DNA from: the human T2T-CHM13v2.0 reference genome, Homo sapiens
Strand: one strand, 5' to 3'
DNA: 64,000 nucleotides
Assembly: GCF_009914755.1 (NCBI RefSeq)
Contig: NC_060940.1
Positions 43,735 to 56,208 of the stretch are shown in pieces. The first letter of the stretch is position 1, and each line of letters opens with the position of its first letter. The notes beneath the pieces are model-generated. The model ran no database searches. It was not told the origin of the DNA and was given only the letters and a program-made list of their open reading frames with translations. The translations under genes were made by a program, and so were the position numbers.

Positions 43735-46700
43735 AGTCTCAGGTGGACCTCGATGGCTGTCTCCAAGTGATCTTGCCTGGAAGCCAGGCTGATGGGAGCT
43801 CCAGACTAAAGGCCCCTTTCCCAATCTCCACAGGTGGCTCCCAGGAGGCAAGCTTCTTTCTGGCATAGTCTTCCCCACTGCAGCAGGGGAAGGGGGGCAC
43901 CCAGCAGATTGGGGGAGCACCCCTCCCTCTGTACCATGCCTGTGATTGGCTCATAATTACAGGTTTATTGCCTGTACAGCTATTGTGTAATGACATGTTT
44001 GCAAATTAATTTTTATGGCTCCTGCCATTAGCATATACAGTGGAGGAAGGTTTAGTATTAATTACTACTGTTGTTCGTGTAATCCCGGAGAATTAAAAAC
44101 CAATATAAGAATGACAACAGAAACTGATAGTTTAGGGTCTTTTAAAAATAGTTTTCTTTTTTTTTTCCCCCAAGTAAGATGGGAGATTTTTCCAGTTTGT
44201 GAGGGGTTAGCGGGTGGGCGGTCTAACCCGCGCTCTGGCCGCCCCCCGCCCCGCCCCCCAGGGGCACAGATCATGCAGCTCGCGGGTGATAAATGGGTGG
44301 GAGGGGAAAGCGGGGGCTGGAGCGGAGGCCCGGCGGGGCGCGCGGGGTGGGGGCAGGGAGGGCAGGTGCCGGACCCCGACCCCGCCGCCCCGCTTGCCAG
44401 GCCGCCGCCGCCGCCGCTGCCGGCGGGTGCAAGGGGAGGCGCAGAGAGCGCGCCGCCACGCAGCTCCGGAAACAAAGGGCCGCCGGCGCCGAGGGCCTGG
44501 CGCGACCTCCAGGGTCAGCGCGGGGCGGAGCAGCCAGAGGTTGGCGGCGGGCGCGGGCGGCCCCGAGCGGCCGGTTTCCTACAGGTCAGCAGCTCTGGCG
44601 CCCTCCCCTGCGCCCGCGTGCGCTAGGCCGCCCGCTGGGAGGGGGCGCCAGGCGGGGCGCAGCAGCGAGCTTGGGGACTCAAAGACGCTCCTCGCACCCC
44701 GGCGGTCGAGCCCCGGAGGAAGGCGGCCGCCAGCACGCCGCAGCCACCGAGCTGCTGGCGGCGGCGGGGAAGAGCGCCACCCCTCCCTTGGCTCCGAGCG
44801 CTCCGCCCAGCTCATTTAAGAATTTTTCTGGCGGGGTAGGCGAGGGTTTGGCAAGTGGCTTGGAGAGGTCAAAAGGCACGCCGCTGCCCCCACTCCCCCA
44901 TCTCCTCCAATTTGCCCTCCGTAGCTTTTCTCTAGGGTATCGTATTCCGGGAGTTCAACTGTCATTTGAAGCCGCTGCATTTAGCAGGGACCCCGGGGCT
45001 GCCGCTGGGGACCCCTGATTTACGCAGTGGTTGGAGAGCGTTGGCAGGAACCCAAGCCTGGTGTGAGCGCGGTGCCCCGCCGTGTGTACCTGCGGGCTCA
45101 GGTCTGTTCCTCAAACCATGATTGTATCTGGGGTCAAAAGGTGACCCCTTAGTGTCACCAAGTCGTGATTCCGGCTGGTTGTGCCACCGAGGGGCCCCTC
45201 AGGAGGTAAAAGGGCTTGAAAATAAATTGTCACATCAAGAGGCAGCTTTGCAGCGTGCGTTTAAGGAGAGGGTGGGGGGACGTGGGTAAATGGATCCTGT
45301 CTCTTTAAAATCGCTGGGCTGGACAATGAGCGCACAGGATGTGGTTTGGCGGCAGGGTTTTTTCCCCTTCGATTTGGGGAATTATCACATGGGGCCTTCT
45401 TGAGCTGGTGTGAAAGGGAGGCGGCGTGGGGAGGAGAGATACAGGCTCCACACTCACACTCTCTGTGCAGTTGATCGTTTTCTTAAACCAAATTAGCCGG
45501 GGCTTTCGTTACTATGGTGCAGCCGGGGCTTGCAGAATCCCAGTAATAGCATTTATTAGGTCTATTTGCCTGGAAGCATGCCTTCCCGGATCTGATAATG
45601 CACCAGTGCAGGGAGAGTGTGGGAGATGCTATCAAGCATTTGATTACACTTGCAACAGGGATTTTTAAGGGGTGGGGTGCGGGGTGAGGGGTGAGAGGAA
45701 AAGAAAGGAGGGAAACAAACCGCTCGCCCGAGGAGCTCACCAGGGCCGGCCGGCGTGTGCGTTGCCGCAACCCCGCGTGGGTTCCACAAAAGGCGGCCCC
45801 GAGTCTCCGGGTCACGGTTTGGGGATTCTCCTCCCGGGTCCTGGCGGAGGGCGAACTCCCGGCTCCCGCAGCTGTCAGTCGTGGGGGGGGAGGGAGGGAG
45901 GACGGACGGGCGGGCGGGCGGGCGGCCAGAGCGCGGAGTTGGGCAGCCGGAGGGGGGGCCAGCGGCGCCCGCAGCCGCCCACTGTTTGCAAACGGCCCCC
46001 GCTTCGGAGCGAAGGGGAGCACCCTGCCTTCGGCAGCGGCACCCTCCCCGGGTTTGGAGAGGCGAGCCCGGCTTCCTGCGCCCCGCTCCCCGTCCGCATG
46101 GATCTGCCGCCCGGCTCGGCGGCCGCGCGGGGGGAAGCTCGCAAGTGAAACTATTATTATCGCCCTGCGAAGCATGGAGCTGTTGGAAGATGCCGCGTAG
46201 AGACGGAAGGAGCCGCCGCCGCCGCCGCCTTCAGCCGCCCGCCGCTGCGCCCCTACCCTTTCGCTTTCATTAGGGGAGACAAATCTGCTGTCAGGCAGCC
46301 AGCTTTCCAATTTACCGATAATGATTCTTGCATGAAAATTGATCGAGGGGCTCTCCACCGCCGTGCGCTCTCGCCTCCCCGCTCTCCTCCTGCCTCCTTC
46401 TGCCCAGGCGCCAGAGCCCCCGCGAGTTCTTTCTCCTCCTCCTTCCACCCCCTCTCTCTGAGTCAGTGGTGGGACGCCGGGCCAGGGAGATAACCAAAAA
46501 AGGGGGGGGAGGGGTGTTGGTGGCGAGAGGGGGAGGGGAGCCGGCTCCCCAGCCTGCTTTCTCCTGCCGGAGACTTGTTTGCAATCGCCGCCTCTTTTAT
46601 TTACGAGAAGAAATCTCCCCCTCGGTACTTCTTGGCTGTTTGGGTATTAATTTTCTCCTCTCCCCTCTCCCGCTCGCCCCCTCCTCCTCTCCCCGCCACC

Positions 46701-47413
46701 CCGCCCCTCCTCACCCAGTAGCTAAGGGGAAACAAAACAAAGCCGATTTCTCCTTGGCAACAAGAGATACCCCCTCCCGCCGCCCCCCCCTTCCTTTTTC
46801 CTTCTGGTTCTGAACGTGAAACCCTGTTGGAAACAGGTCTCTTGACCCTCGCCCTTGACATTCAAATGGCTGAATGGAGGAGAGATTGCTACTCGCACGT
46901 CCTGGGGGCTGTTTTTTTTTTCTTTCCCCCATCTCTCTTTTCCTTTCAAATGAGTAATCCCTGAAGATCTTAACCCCCCAATTTCATCACCCTCACCTCC
47001 CCCCTTTATTTTTCTCTCGCTCCTCTTCCCCGCCTGCTTCCCTCCGCCGCGCTCCCCCCTCCTTTTTTTTATTTGCATCTCAAGTCCAAAAGGCAGAAAA
47101 TACACACGCGGCGAAGACACCCGGGCAGCCGTGGAGGCTCCGGCCCGTCCTTGGTCGTCAATTACCTCATTGTGGATCTGCCAGGGCCAAGGTGGCCGAA
47201 ATTGCCTGGGCGCTGGTCGGAGAGAGAGCCTTTTGATCATCTTGCGGGGCGGGGGGGGAAAGACTGATTTTTTTTTTTTCGTCGCTCTCGGGATCGCTCT
47301 TCTGCCTTTATTTTATTGTTTTGGACATTTTTGAGCGCCGTGGCTTGAACGGTGCTTTTTGTTCATTCCTGGGTTTTAATATTATTTTCCTTCTTCATCC
47401 CTCTCTGGCCACT

Positions 47414-47425
47414 ATGGAATTCTAA
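47414..47425 (+). other. Minimal upstream ORF (Met-Glu-Phe-stop) in the GSE1 5' leader
   Basis: ccactATGGAATTCTAA: A at -3 and G at +4; stop ends 8 nt before the main ATG, out of frame with it. Confidence 0.6.
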
Positions 47426-47433
47426 TTTGAACC

Positions 47434-47470
47434 ATGTTTGGATTGAAGCCGCCTCTGTATTACTTACCAG
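47434..47470 (+). CDS. GSE1: Coding part of an alternative first exon of GSE1 (MFGLKPPLYYLP + first base of Gly; phase-1 donor)
   Basis: gaaccATGTTTGGATTGAAGCCGCCTCTGTATTACTTACCAG|gtaagc: A at -3, strong donor, inside a CpG island. Peptide matches the recalled GSE1 isoform start MFGLKPPLYYLPG-MSHEPK, and phase 1 fits the recalled MK-G-MSHEPK junction. Downstream exons are not in the window. Confidence 0.85.
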
Positions 47471-49862
47471 GTAAGCGAGCCGTGCGCCTCCCTGGGTCCC
47501 GCGCGGCGCCGGCGCGCCCGGGACCCTCCCTCACCCGACCCCCCTCCGCCAGACCCCCGAGCCAGGGTCGGGGCATTGGGTCCGCCGGTGCCCCCCGCAG
47601 ACGCGCGCGGCCTCGGATCCTCCCGCTGCGGTCAAGCCCGCGGTGTGCGCGGCTACGTGCGGCGGGGAGCGCCCACCTGGCCCGCCGCCCCCATCGCGCC
47701 GCCGCCGGGGGTTGCGCGTCTCGCTCCTTTTGTCTGCCGGGAGCCGGCTCCGCCGCGGCGGCGGAGCGAGCGGCCGAGGCACTTAAACCTTCCAAGGTGA
47801 AGTAAGCGCCGAGTGTGAAGTTACTTTCCTGCAGGCCGCCCCGATCGGGTAGCATGCCCCCCCCCCCCCCAGTCCTGGGGTTTATTTCCCTCTCCCTCCA
47901 GCCAACCCCCTTGCGCGGTCTCGGCGCGAGCGTGGCTCGCCGGCCCCCCCGCCGCCCCCCTTCCTGCCTGGGATTCCCTGGAAGGTTTTGTTCCGCCGAG
48001 GTCGGAGGAGGGGGCCGGGGAAGCTCAGGAGGGTATTTGGCGTGGCTTCCTGTTTCCTTAACCTTCCTGCGCGGTGACAGCCGCTTGCCCTGTAACTTTC
48101 TGTTTCGGGGCAAGTCGCGCTTTCAGCCTGGAGGGGAGGGGAGGGGAGGGGGTTGACAGCTGGAGGTTTGGGGAGCCCCTCCTGAATTCACCTTATTTGG
48201 ATTTCTAAACCTTAAAAAAAATTAAGTGTAGGCTACATGGAAGCTGGTGATCCAGGAATTCAGGCGAGGGAGCCCTGGGTGGTGAACCCCAGGGTTCTTC
48301 CCCACCGCGCGCCGTCACCCCCACTCCTGTGCCCCCTGGGGTCGGGGAGAAACGCACAGGCCTGCCCCAGGTGGGGCCACGTGACGCAGGTCAGGAAGGC
48401 TGTGCTGCGTGTGACTGCTGGTTCTAGGAATGAGCTGATTTTATTCCTCCCTCCCTCCGAGTTGATCTCCCTTGAGCTTTGACACACGGTACCTAATGAA
48501 GGTGGGGTGTGTGTGGGTGGGGAGGGTGATGTGGGGGTGTAGGGAGGAGAGGGGAAGTTCCTAGTTTTCCCATGTTGAGGCTTTTATAAAATTCTGCAGA
48601 AGACGCTGCCCTGGAGCTTTATTTCTGAATTGTTTTGCTGGGGAAGGGTGCACGTGGCCCGGTGTTCGGTTTCGGGTTTTTTTTTTTCCTCTGTTCAGAA
48701 GATCCTGTCACTTTTGCTGAGGCTTCCACACCTCTCTGGAGTCCCCAGGAGGAGCGTGTGGGGCAGGAAGGGGCCTGGACAGGACCCAGCTCCCTTGGAT
48801 CTGGCCTTTGCTGCCCTAACCTGGGCAAACGTTTTCACTGAGTTAACAGAGCAGGGCAGAGGGTCACCAGAGTCCAACTGACTTAAAAAAAAAAAAAAGG
48901 CAGGAGAGACTCCTCCTGGAGGAAATCTGTACTTTTACTCTTTTTGAGTTTCGTGGTGTCTGTTTTAGTTCCCAGTAACTGACCAGGTCTATGTTTTTTT
49001 CTTGGTGTGTATGCCGTTTTGATAGGAAGAATATTGAATATTTTCCAGCGTTTCCATTCCATTCTTGATCTTTTTTTTTTCTCCTCCTCTGCCTGAAATG
49101 CAAAGCAACAACAAACAGCAAGCTTCGCTTTTCCCTCCCTCCCCTAGCGGATCCAATCCAAATTAGAACCGGGAATCCCCAACTTAGTAAAATAAAGGTT
49201 GTAAGGGGAGGGCGGAGTGAGCCCTTGGGAACTCAGAGCTATCTCTCCCATGGGAAGATTCCAGGTAAATGAGGGCTGGGTCTGAGTCGCGCTGACATTC
49301 ATCAGAGCCCTTTAGCCCAAAATGAAACAGATCCTCATGCTGTATCTGGGTTTTTCTCGTCTGTCTCCCCCCGGGTCTGTGGCTGGGGAAAGCAGAGAGC
49401 TTGTGCCTCCCCGGCAGCTATGCCTGCCTTGGAGGCGCTCAGGACCAGCTTGTGCCAAGAATGAATCTTCTTAAGTACAGGGCGTCTTCAAAGCACAGGT
49501 GTTTGTAATCTACACCCCTCTTCACCTGCCACTGGAGGCTGCTGGTGCATATTTATTCATCAGGTGACCGATTTTCTGTTTACACAGGGAGACTCAGAAA
49601 GAGGAGGAGGAAGTGTCAGGCTGGGAAATTCAAAGCCATTAAGGAAGATCAGCCCAGGCTGGAGTAAAGCCCCCAGTGGGTAGGCAGGAGGGGTGACTTT
49701 TGTCCTGACCCCCAGGGAGATTAAGAGAGGTCAGAAGTGAGGGGAGGGGAGGTCGGGGCACAAGTAAATCTCAGCCTGTGGATGCAGGCTTTCCCCGCAT
49801 TATAGTTTTTTTGGTGGTTGTATTTAAAGTCCCCACTGGGGTTTTACACTTTATTGTCTTAG

Positions 49863-50340
<478 letters not shown>

Positions 50341-50866
50341 TGAGGTAGCTGCTGCCATCCACCCACTTATCAGATGAGCAAAGTGAGACCCAGGGGCTCA
50401 GCAATTGCCCAGCTTGGGAGTGGCGGAGCTGGGACATGAAGCTGGCTTCTGTCTGCCACACTGAACTGGGAATAAGGGGGTCCAGGTGCAGCAGCCAGCA
50501 TGGCTTGCTTCGGGCCTGTGGTTCTGGATGAGAGGCTGACCCTGCCCCACAGAGGCCTGACACCATGGTGCTCTGCAGCCTCTTGGACTTGGTTTCTATG
50601 CCTGATGCCAGATCCCAGACACTGCAGGGAGCAAGGGCCCAGAACCCGCCTGTCCAGCCATTGCCCCAGGGGCAGTTCACAGTCAGGCTGGCATCAGGCA
50701 CCCGCTGCTCCTGTTTGACAGGTGAGAGGACTGAGGCTGGGCAGTAGGTTTGAAGTCAGGTCCTGAGCTGTGTCCTTGGGCGGGTGACTGATACTCTCAA
50801 TTGAGTCTGTTTTCCCATTTGTAAGATGGGATCCATAATTGTATCTCCCTCAGGATCAGTGTAAGG

Positions 50867-51058
50867 CAAGGGTCAGCAATCCATGGCCCGGCCCATTGTA
50901 AGTCAAGTTTGATTGGCACACAGCCACGCCTGTTCCTCTGGCAGCTTTCACATTATAATGGCCAAGCTGAGTTGTGAGCAGAGACCATCTGGACTGGCCA
51001 CGCCTAAAATCTTTAGTTATTGTCTGGTCCTGGACAGAGAAAGTTTGCCCACGCTCTG
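50867..51058 (+). mobile_element. MER58A (hAT-Charlie), flanked by MIR pieces
   Basis: aagggtcagcaa..aagttt.attggcacacagccacgcc..cagagacc..gcctaaaat.ttta..tctggtcc..acagagaaagtttgccc. Confidence 0.8.
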
Positions 51059-51178
51059 TTGCAAGAAACAGAATGAGCAGGTCCACTGAAGATGGTGCCT
51101 GGGATGAAGTTAGCGCTTGTCGAGTGATAACTGTAATAATAATAATTCTTATTTTGTCACGGTCATTATTGTTATTGA

Positions 51179-51521
<343 letters not shown>

Positions 51522-51896
51522 AAGTCATAGAGCTTCTTAGTGGGGACCTGAACTCTTGTCTTTGGACCAGGCCTCTTGCCGCCATGGTTGTAGCGTCTGC
51601 CTCTTAGTGCTTCTTCACTGGCCAGGGGGAAATGGTAGCCGTGAGGGGATGCTGGCTGCAGGGAGAGCAAGGTGCAGGGGCATGTGTGAAAGGAGATGGG
51701 GCTGGTGAGTGGGAGGGCACAAGCTGTGGCCTCCACCTTCCTGCAAATGGGGCGACTGGGAAATTCAAACGGGGGTCCCTTCTCAAACCTTCCTCTGTAT
51801 GTATGTATGTATGCCTAGATCCCCCCTTTCCTGAACTCCACCAGGCTGCTAGCCCCATGCTGGCGCAGACTGGGTGTCTCCTTTTTACCAGACTCA

Positions 51897-52243
<347 letters not shown>

Positions 52244-55200
52244 TTATTCATGAGGAAGAGGCAGTGGCTGCTTCGTCTACTATTCCCATTCCACGCCAGA
52301 CACGGTGCTTCCTCAGAACAGCTCTGGAGGTGAGGCTACTCTTACCCCCCTTGACAGCCAGGGAAACTGAGGTACAGAGAGATTGAGGTCACATGTGCGC
52401 TGAATGGTGGAGCAGGGCGCCGATCCTGGGCAGTCTGGCTCCAGAGTCCCTGCTTCATAAATATTTGTTGACTGTGTTGAGTGGGAGCTGGCCGCTGGCG
52501 TTGGCAGCGGCGCCCTCCGAGCCCCTTATCTGGTTCCTGTCGTTTCTGGAGGGAGGACTGACTCCTCAGCCATCAGCTGACCCCACCCCAGCCCCACACT
52601 GAACTCTGGGTGACCCTGGCCTTCCCTCAGGATCACTGTCCACTGCTAGAAAGGCTGCCCTCGGCCCTCCAGGGAGGAAACTGAGGCCCAGAGAGAGCTG
52701 GGGCTTGGCCCATAGCCATGAAGCCTGCTGGTGGTTGCTCTAGGACTCGGGGTCCCCCTGGAACATTTCCCCGGCCCCAGCTGCCCCCGGAGGCCAGAGC
52801 AAGTCATAAATATCTCATCCGGCCTGTCCTAGGCCCCTTTCTTGACCATCCTGGGAGGGGCTTGCAGGAGGCTGAGGCTTCCCCTGCTGAGAGCTGGGGT
52901 ACCCAGAGTGAAGCTCGGCCTGTGGGGGCCGCTGGGTTCTATTTCCCACCCATCTAAACTGCTTCCAGAAAGTCAAGGTGTGAGGCAGGGGCTCAGGCCC
53001 ACCTGGGTTGGGGGTGGTGTCTGGAGGTGAGGTCAGGCTGGAACCCAACTCCCAGGGTGCTTGGAGCCGAGGCGGGGACGGGGCACCCGCAGGGACCAAG
53101 GTCTTGCATAGCCTCAGGCTTGTCATGGGACGTTAGCAAACCATAGCTGTGGCGCCGGAGCCACCCAAGACCCACTCTGGGCGCAGGTTAGGCCTAATGG
53201 GATCTGACTCAGATAAAAGGAAAACATGGCTATTTTAGTTGTGATTGAGAAAGCTGCTTATTTACAGCTCAGAAACTCAGCGGGGACAGGCATTTCGGCT
53301 TCCATCTAGCACTTTCCAGGCAGTCACTAATTAATCTTCCGATACCCCTGAGAGATGGGGAGGCCGCCACGGTTCCATCTGTCGGCTGGGAAAGCCAGGG
53401 GCCCTTTTGTCCCAGCTGCAGCCCAGCCCTTTTCCGAGGGGCCTGGTCTGGTTCCCACCCCCCCTGCCCAATTTGGTTCTCATTAAGGTTTTTTTCTTGC
53501 TTAAATGTGTTGTTGTTACGCCATGGGTGGGAACCTGATATAGTCCCGCTGGAAACTCTCTTCTTATCTCCTTGACTCTGGAGACAGAAGAGGTTTCTTT
53601 GTACTCTGGGAGCAAATGGTCATTATGTTACCTGGATTCCGGGGCAAGAATGCGTGTCCTTCTACGCAGGGGAAAGTGCAGGGTGGGAGCGGCAGGTGGC
53701 CCAAGCCACACAGCTCCTGGACAGAGCCGGGAAGGGGAGGACGTGTCTGGACTTGGCCTACTGCTTTGAGCCTGGTGCTCCGTGTCGCTTGCCCATCTTC
53801 CTCCTGGACATGGACACGTGTTGGGGGGAGCGGTCCCAGGGGGGTTCCCTCTCACCAATGTCAAGTGTGATGGAGTCACCTGGTCTACCCTGGCATTGTG
53901 TAGATGAGATCACAGCGGTCAGGAGACCTCGCAGGCCTGTTGACTTCAAATTCTCTTCCTTAGACTTTTGGGGAGACTAGGGTGGTAGAGGCAGCCTCTC
54001 CATCAACCAGGCTGCGTCCTGTCATACTCTTTGTGGGAAAATCATTAGACTGTTGTGGCCCTTAACGTGGCCTTTCAGGAAGGATGATGGGATCCCCTCT
54101 TAGGGGACCTCCTCAGCCAAACAGATCCTTGTCCCTGTCTGGGATTGTCCCCTTTTGGTGGTCTAGCTGCAGGATCAGCAGAAATTTTGAAGCTGTAGGG
54201 GCACCGTGTATTCGAAGGGAAGAGGGAGTTCGGGGGTGAGGGAATCAACATCCACATGGTATCCTCCTCCTCCTCCTCCTCCTCTTCCTTTTTTTTTTTT
54301 TTTCTTTTAAGAGCGCCATATAGATTTAAAGTCCTTTTGTTAATTTAGGAACATAAAACCGTGTGATGTATAGTTTGGTTTGCTCGTAAAATTACTAAGT
54401 GTGGCATATTTAGTGCTGTGAAAGCTTGGGGTAAAAGGAAAAAAAATCAGTGAGAATTTTCTTACAAGTCTTTAGGGGAAAATGTATTTTTCCGGCTTTT
54501 TCCCACACATGCCAGGCCCTCCGCAGCTGGGGTTGGCGCTGGTCGTTACCCTCAGCCCCAATTACAGCTGTGCTGGAAGCTGGGAGTGGGTGCTGGGGCT
54601 GGGGGATTGCGGGAGTAGGGCACTGGTGGGGTTTGGGTAAAGCCAGGTCCAGGTCTTATCTCCAGAGGGTGATCCCACCCCATTCTGGAGCTCAGCCCTG
54701 CCGGAAGCCCAGGCCCTGAAGGATCCGGGCAGCTCCATCCTCTGCTCCCTCCCACAGTGAGACAGGAAGCGCCCTCTGACCAGGCCTGGACCGCCGCCCA
54801 GTGGGCATTTGGCTGCTTGCTTAATGGCCTGTGGGGTCAGGAAGTCACGGAACATTGGACTTGGGAGGGACCTCAGAGGTCAGACGGGCTGTCCCTCCCT
54901 TCTCTGGATTTGGGGGTCTCGTGGTCACCTCAGGCTGGGCACGTGCAGGTCCTGCTCCTGGGGTGGACCGGGCTGTGCCACTGTGGCGAGCTAGGATGTT
55001 GTTGCTTTTCGCACAGAACACGTGCCTGTGACCTAGTCCTGTCCTCTGAGGACACAGACCAAGCCTCCCCTTCCCAAGCACCTCCCGTCAGGCCCCCTGT
55101 GAGCTGGGCAGGGCTTGCGCCAGTGGGTGCCGGGCACTGCGCTGCGTCAGTCCACTGGGCAGGAGCAGCAGAGGAGATCTATGTTTTATCTGTAAGTCAC

Positions 55201-56208
55201 TTAGGGAGCAAACAGAGAGCTGAGCAAAGATGGATTGCTCTGGAAACTCTTAGAAGCATCCTGGCAGAGGGAATCCAGGAAGGCTTCCTGGAGGAGGTGG
55301 CACTAAAAGCAGGCTTTGGAAGTATGGAGCTTCGAGGTGAGTGAGGCTGGGAGGAAGGAGGCTAACACAGTGAGGAGGGAGGAACAGAAATAGGGAAACT
55401 GCTCTTACAAGACTCAGCACATTAGGTTCATGTCAGGTGTGCCGGGAGCTGGGCATGGGGCCATCCCTGCCCACGTTGTGGTGTTGGTGGTGGTGTGTGG
55501 GGGGCATGGATTGAGTAATCAGGGTGACAAGTACTGGTGCTGAGAGGTGTGTGTAGAATTTTCTGGGCGTGCAGAGGAAAACAGTTTGGTTTGAGATGGG
55601 GGTGAAGGCTGTGTCCAAGAAGGCCACAGAGCGGAGGTGACATTTGAGCTCTCCTTTCTACTCTGGGGAAACCCACATTCCTCACCAGTGGGGACTTGGC
55701 AGGGAAGGCCACCACTCCTGCCCCGTTGCTCAGCAGCACCCTCTAGGGGTGGGGCTCTGAAGCCTGTGCGTCCTTCAGAGGCACCATGGGGACCAGAGGG
55801 TGTCCGGCAGCAGGGCCCTTTCCAGAAGCCAAGGAACAGTAGGAGAGAATGTGCAGGCAGAGGGAGCCTGTGCGGAAGGGGTAGCTGTGCCTGTCAAATC
55901 TGTTCCCTGCTCCTCCCAGGCTCTGCAGGCCAGAGAGATAGATGCATTAGGCCCAGTCCTTGTCCTCAGACAGCCAGGCGTGCGGGAGTGTGGCGGACGG
56001 GCCCCTTCACAGCTTCTGGCAGGAAGCAGAGCCCAGAGTTTAGGGGTGGGGAGAGTGTGGCCAGGGGATGGTGAAGTGTGGGAATGAAGCCGGGGAGTGG
56101 GTCGGAGCCACGTCTTAAGAGGGTCTTGAATGTCATCAAGCCGGTGACACATGAACTCGATTCTGTTGTCAGTGAGTGGGAACCTGGGTTCTTAAAAGCG
56201 ACCAACTT

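Larger units (their letters stand above)
44200..48400. promoter_or_regulatory. GSE1: Multipartite CpG island / alternative promoter of GSE1 (cores ~44200-44810, ~45680-46260, ~47040-48120)
   Basis: Very high CpG density, many GC boxes (GGGCGG), GCC runs, no recognisable interspersed repeats from ~43740 to ~49970; contains the coding first exon. Confidence 0.9.

Noticed and set aside
45483-46448. 321-aa minus-strand ORF and other long ORFs in the CpG island (44015-45018, 47460-48113)
   Set aside because: Stop-poor GC-rich sequence gives Gly/Arg/Ala/Pro ORFs in several frames; no recognisable domain.
47471-47805. Continuation of the 47434 ORF to 123 aa
   Set aside because: A strong donor at 47471 ends the exon; the remainder is low-complexity intron read-through.
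55733-55750. CTCF-like motif (minus strand CCCCTAGAGGGTGCTG); similar at ~16950-16966
   Set aside because: Two mismatches at informative positions; cannot be supported without PWM scoring or ChIP.
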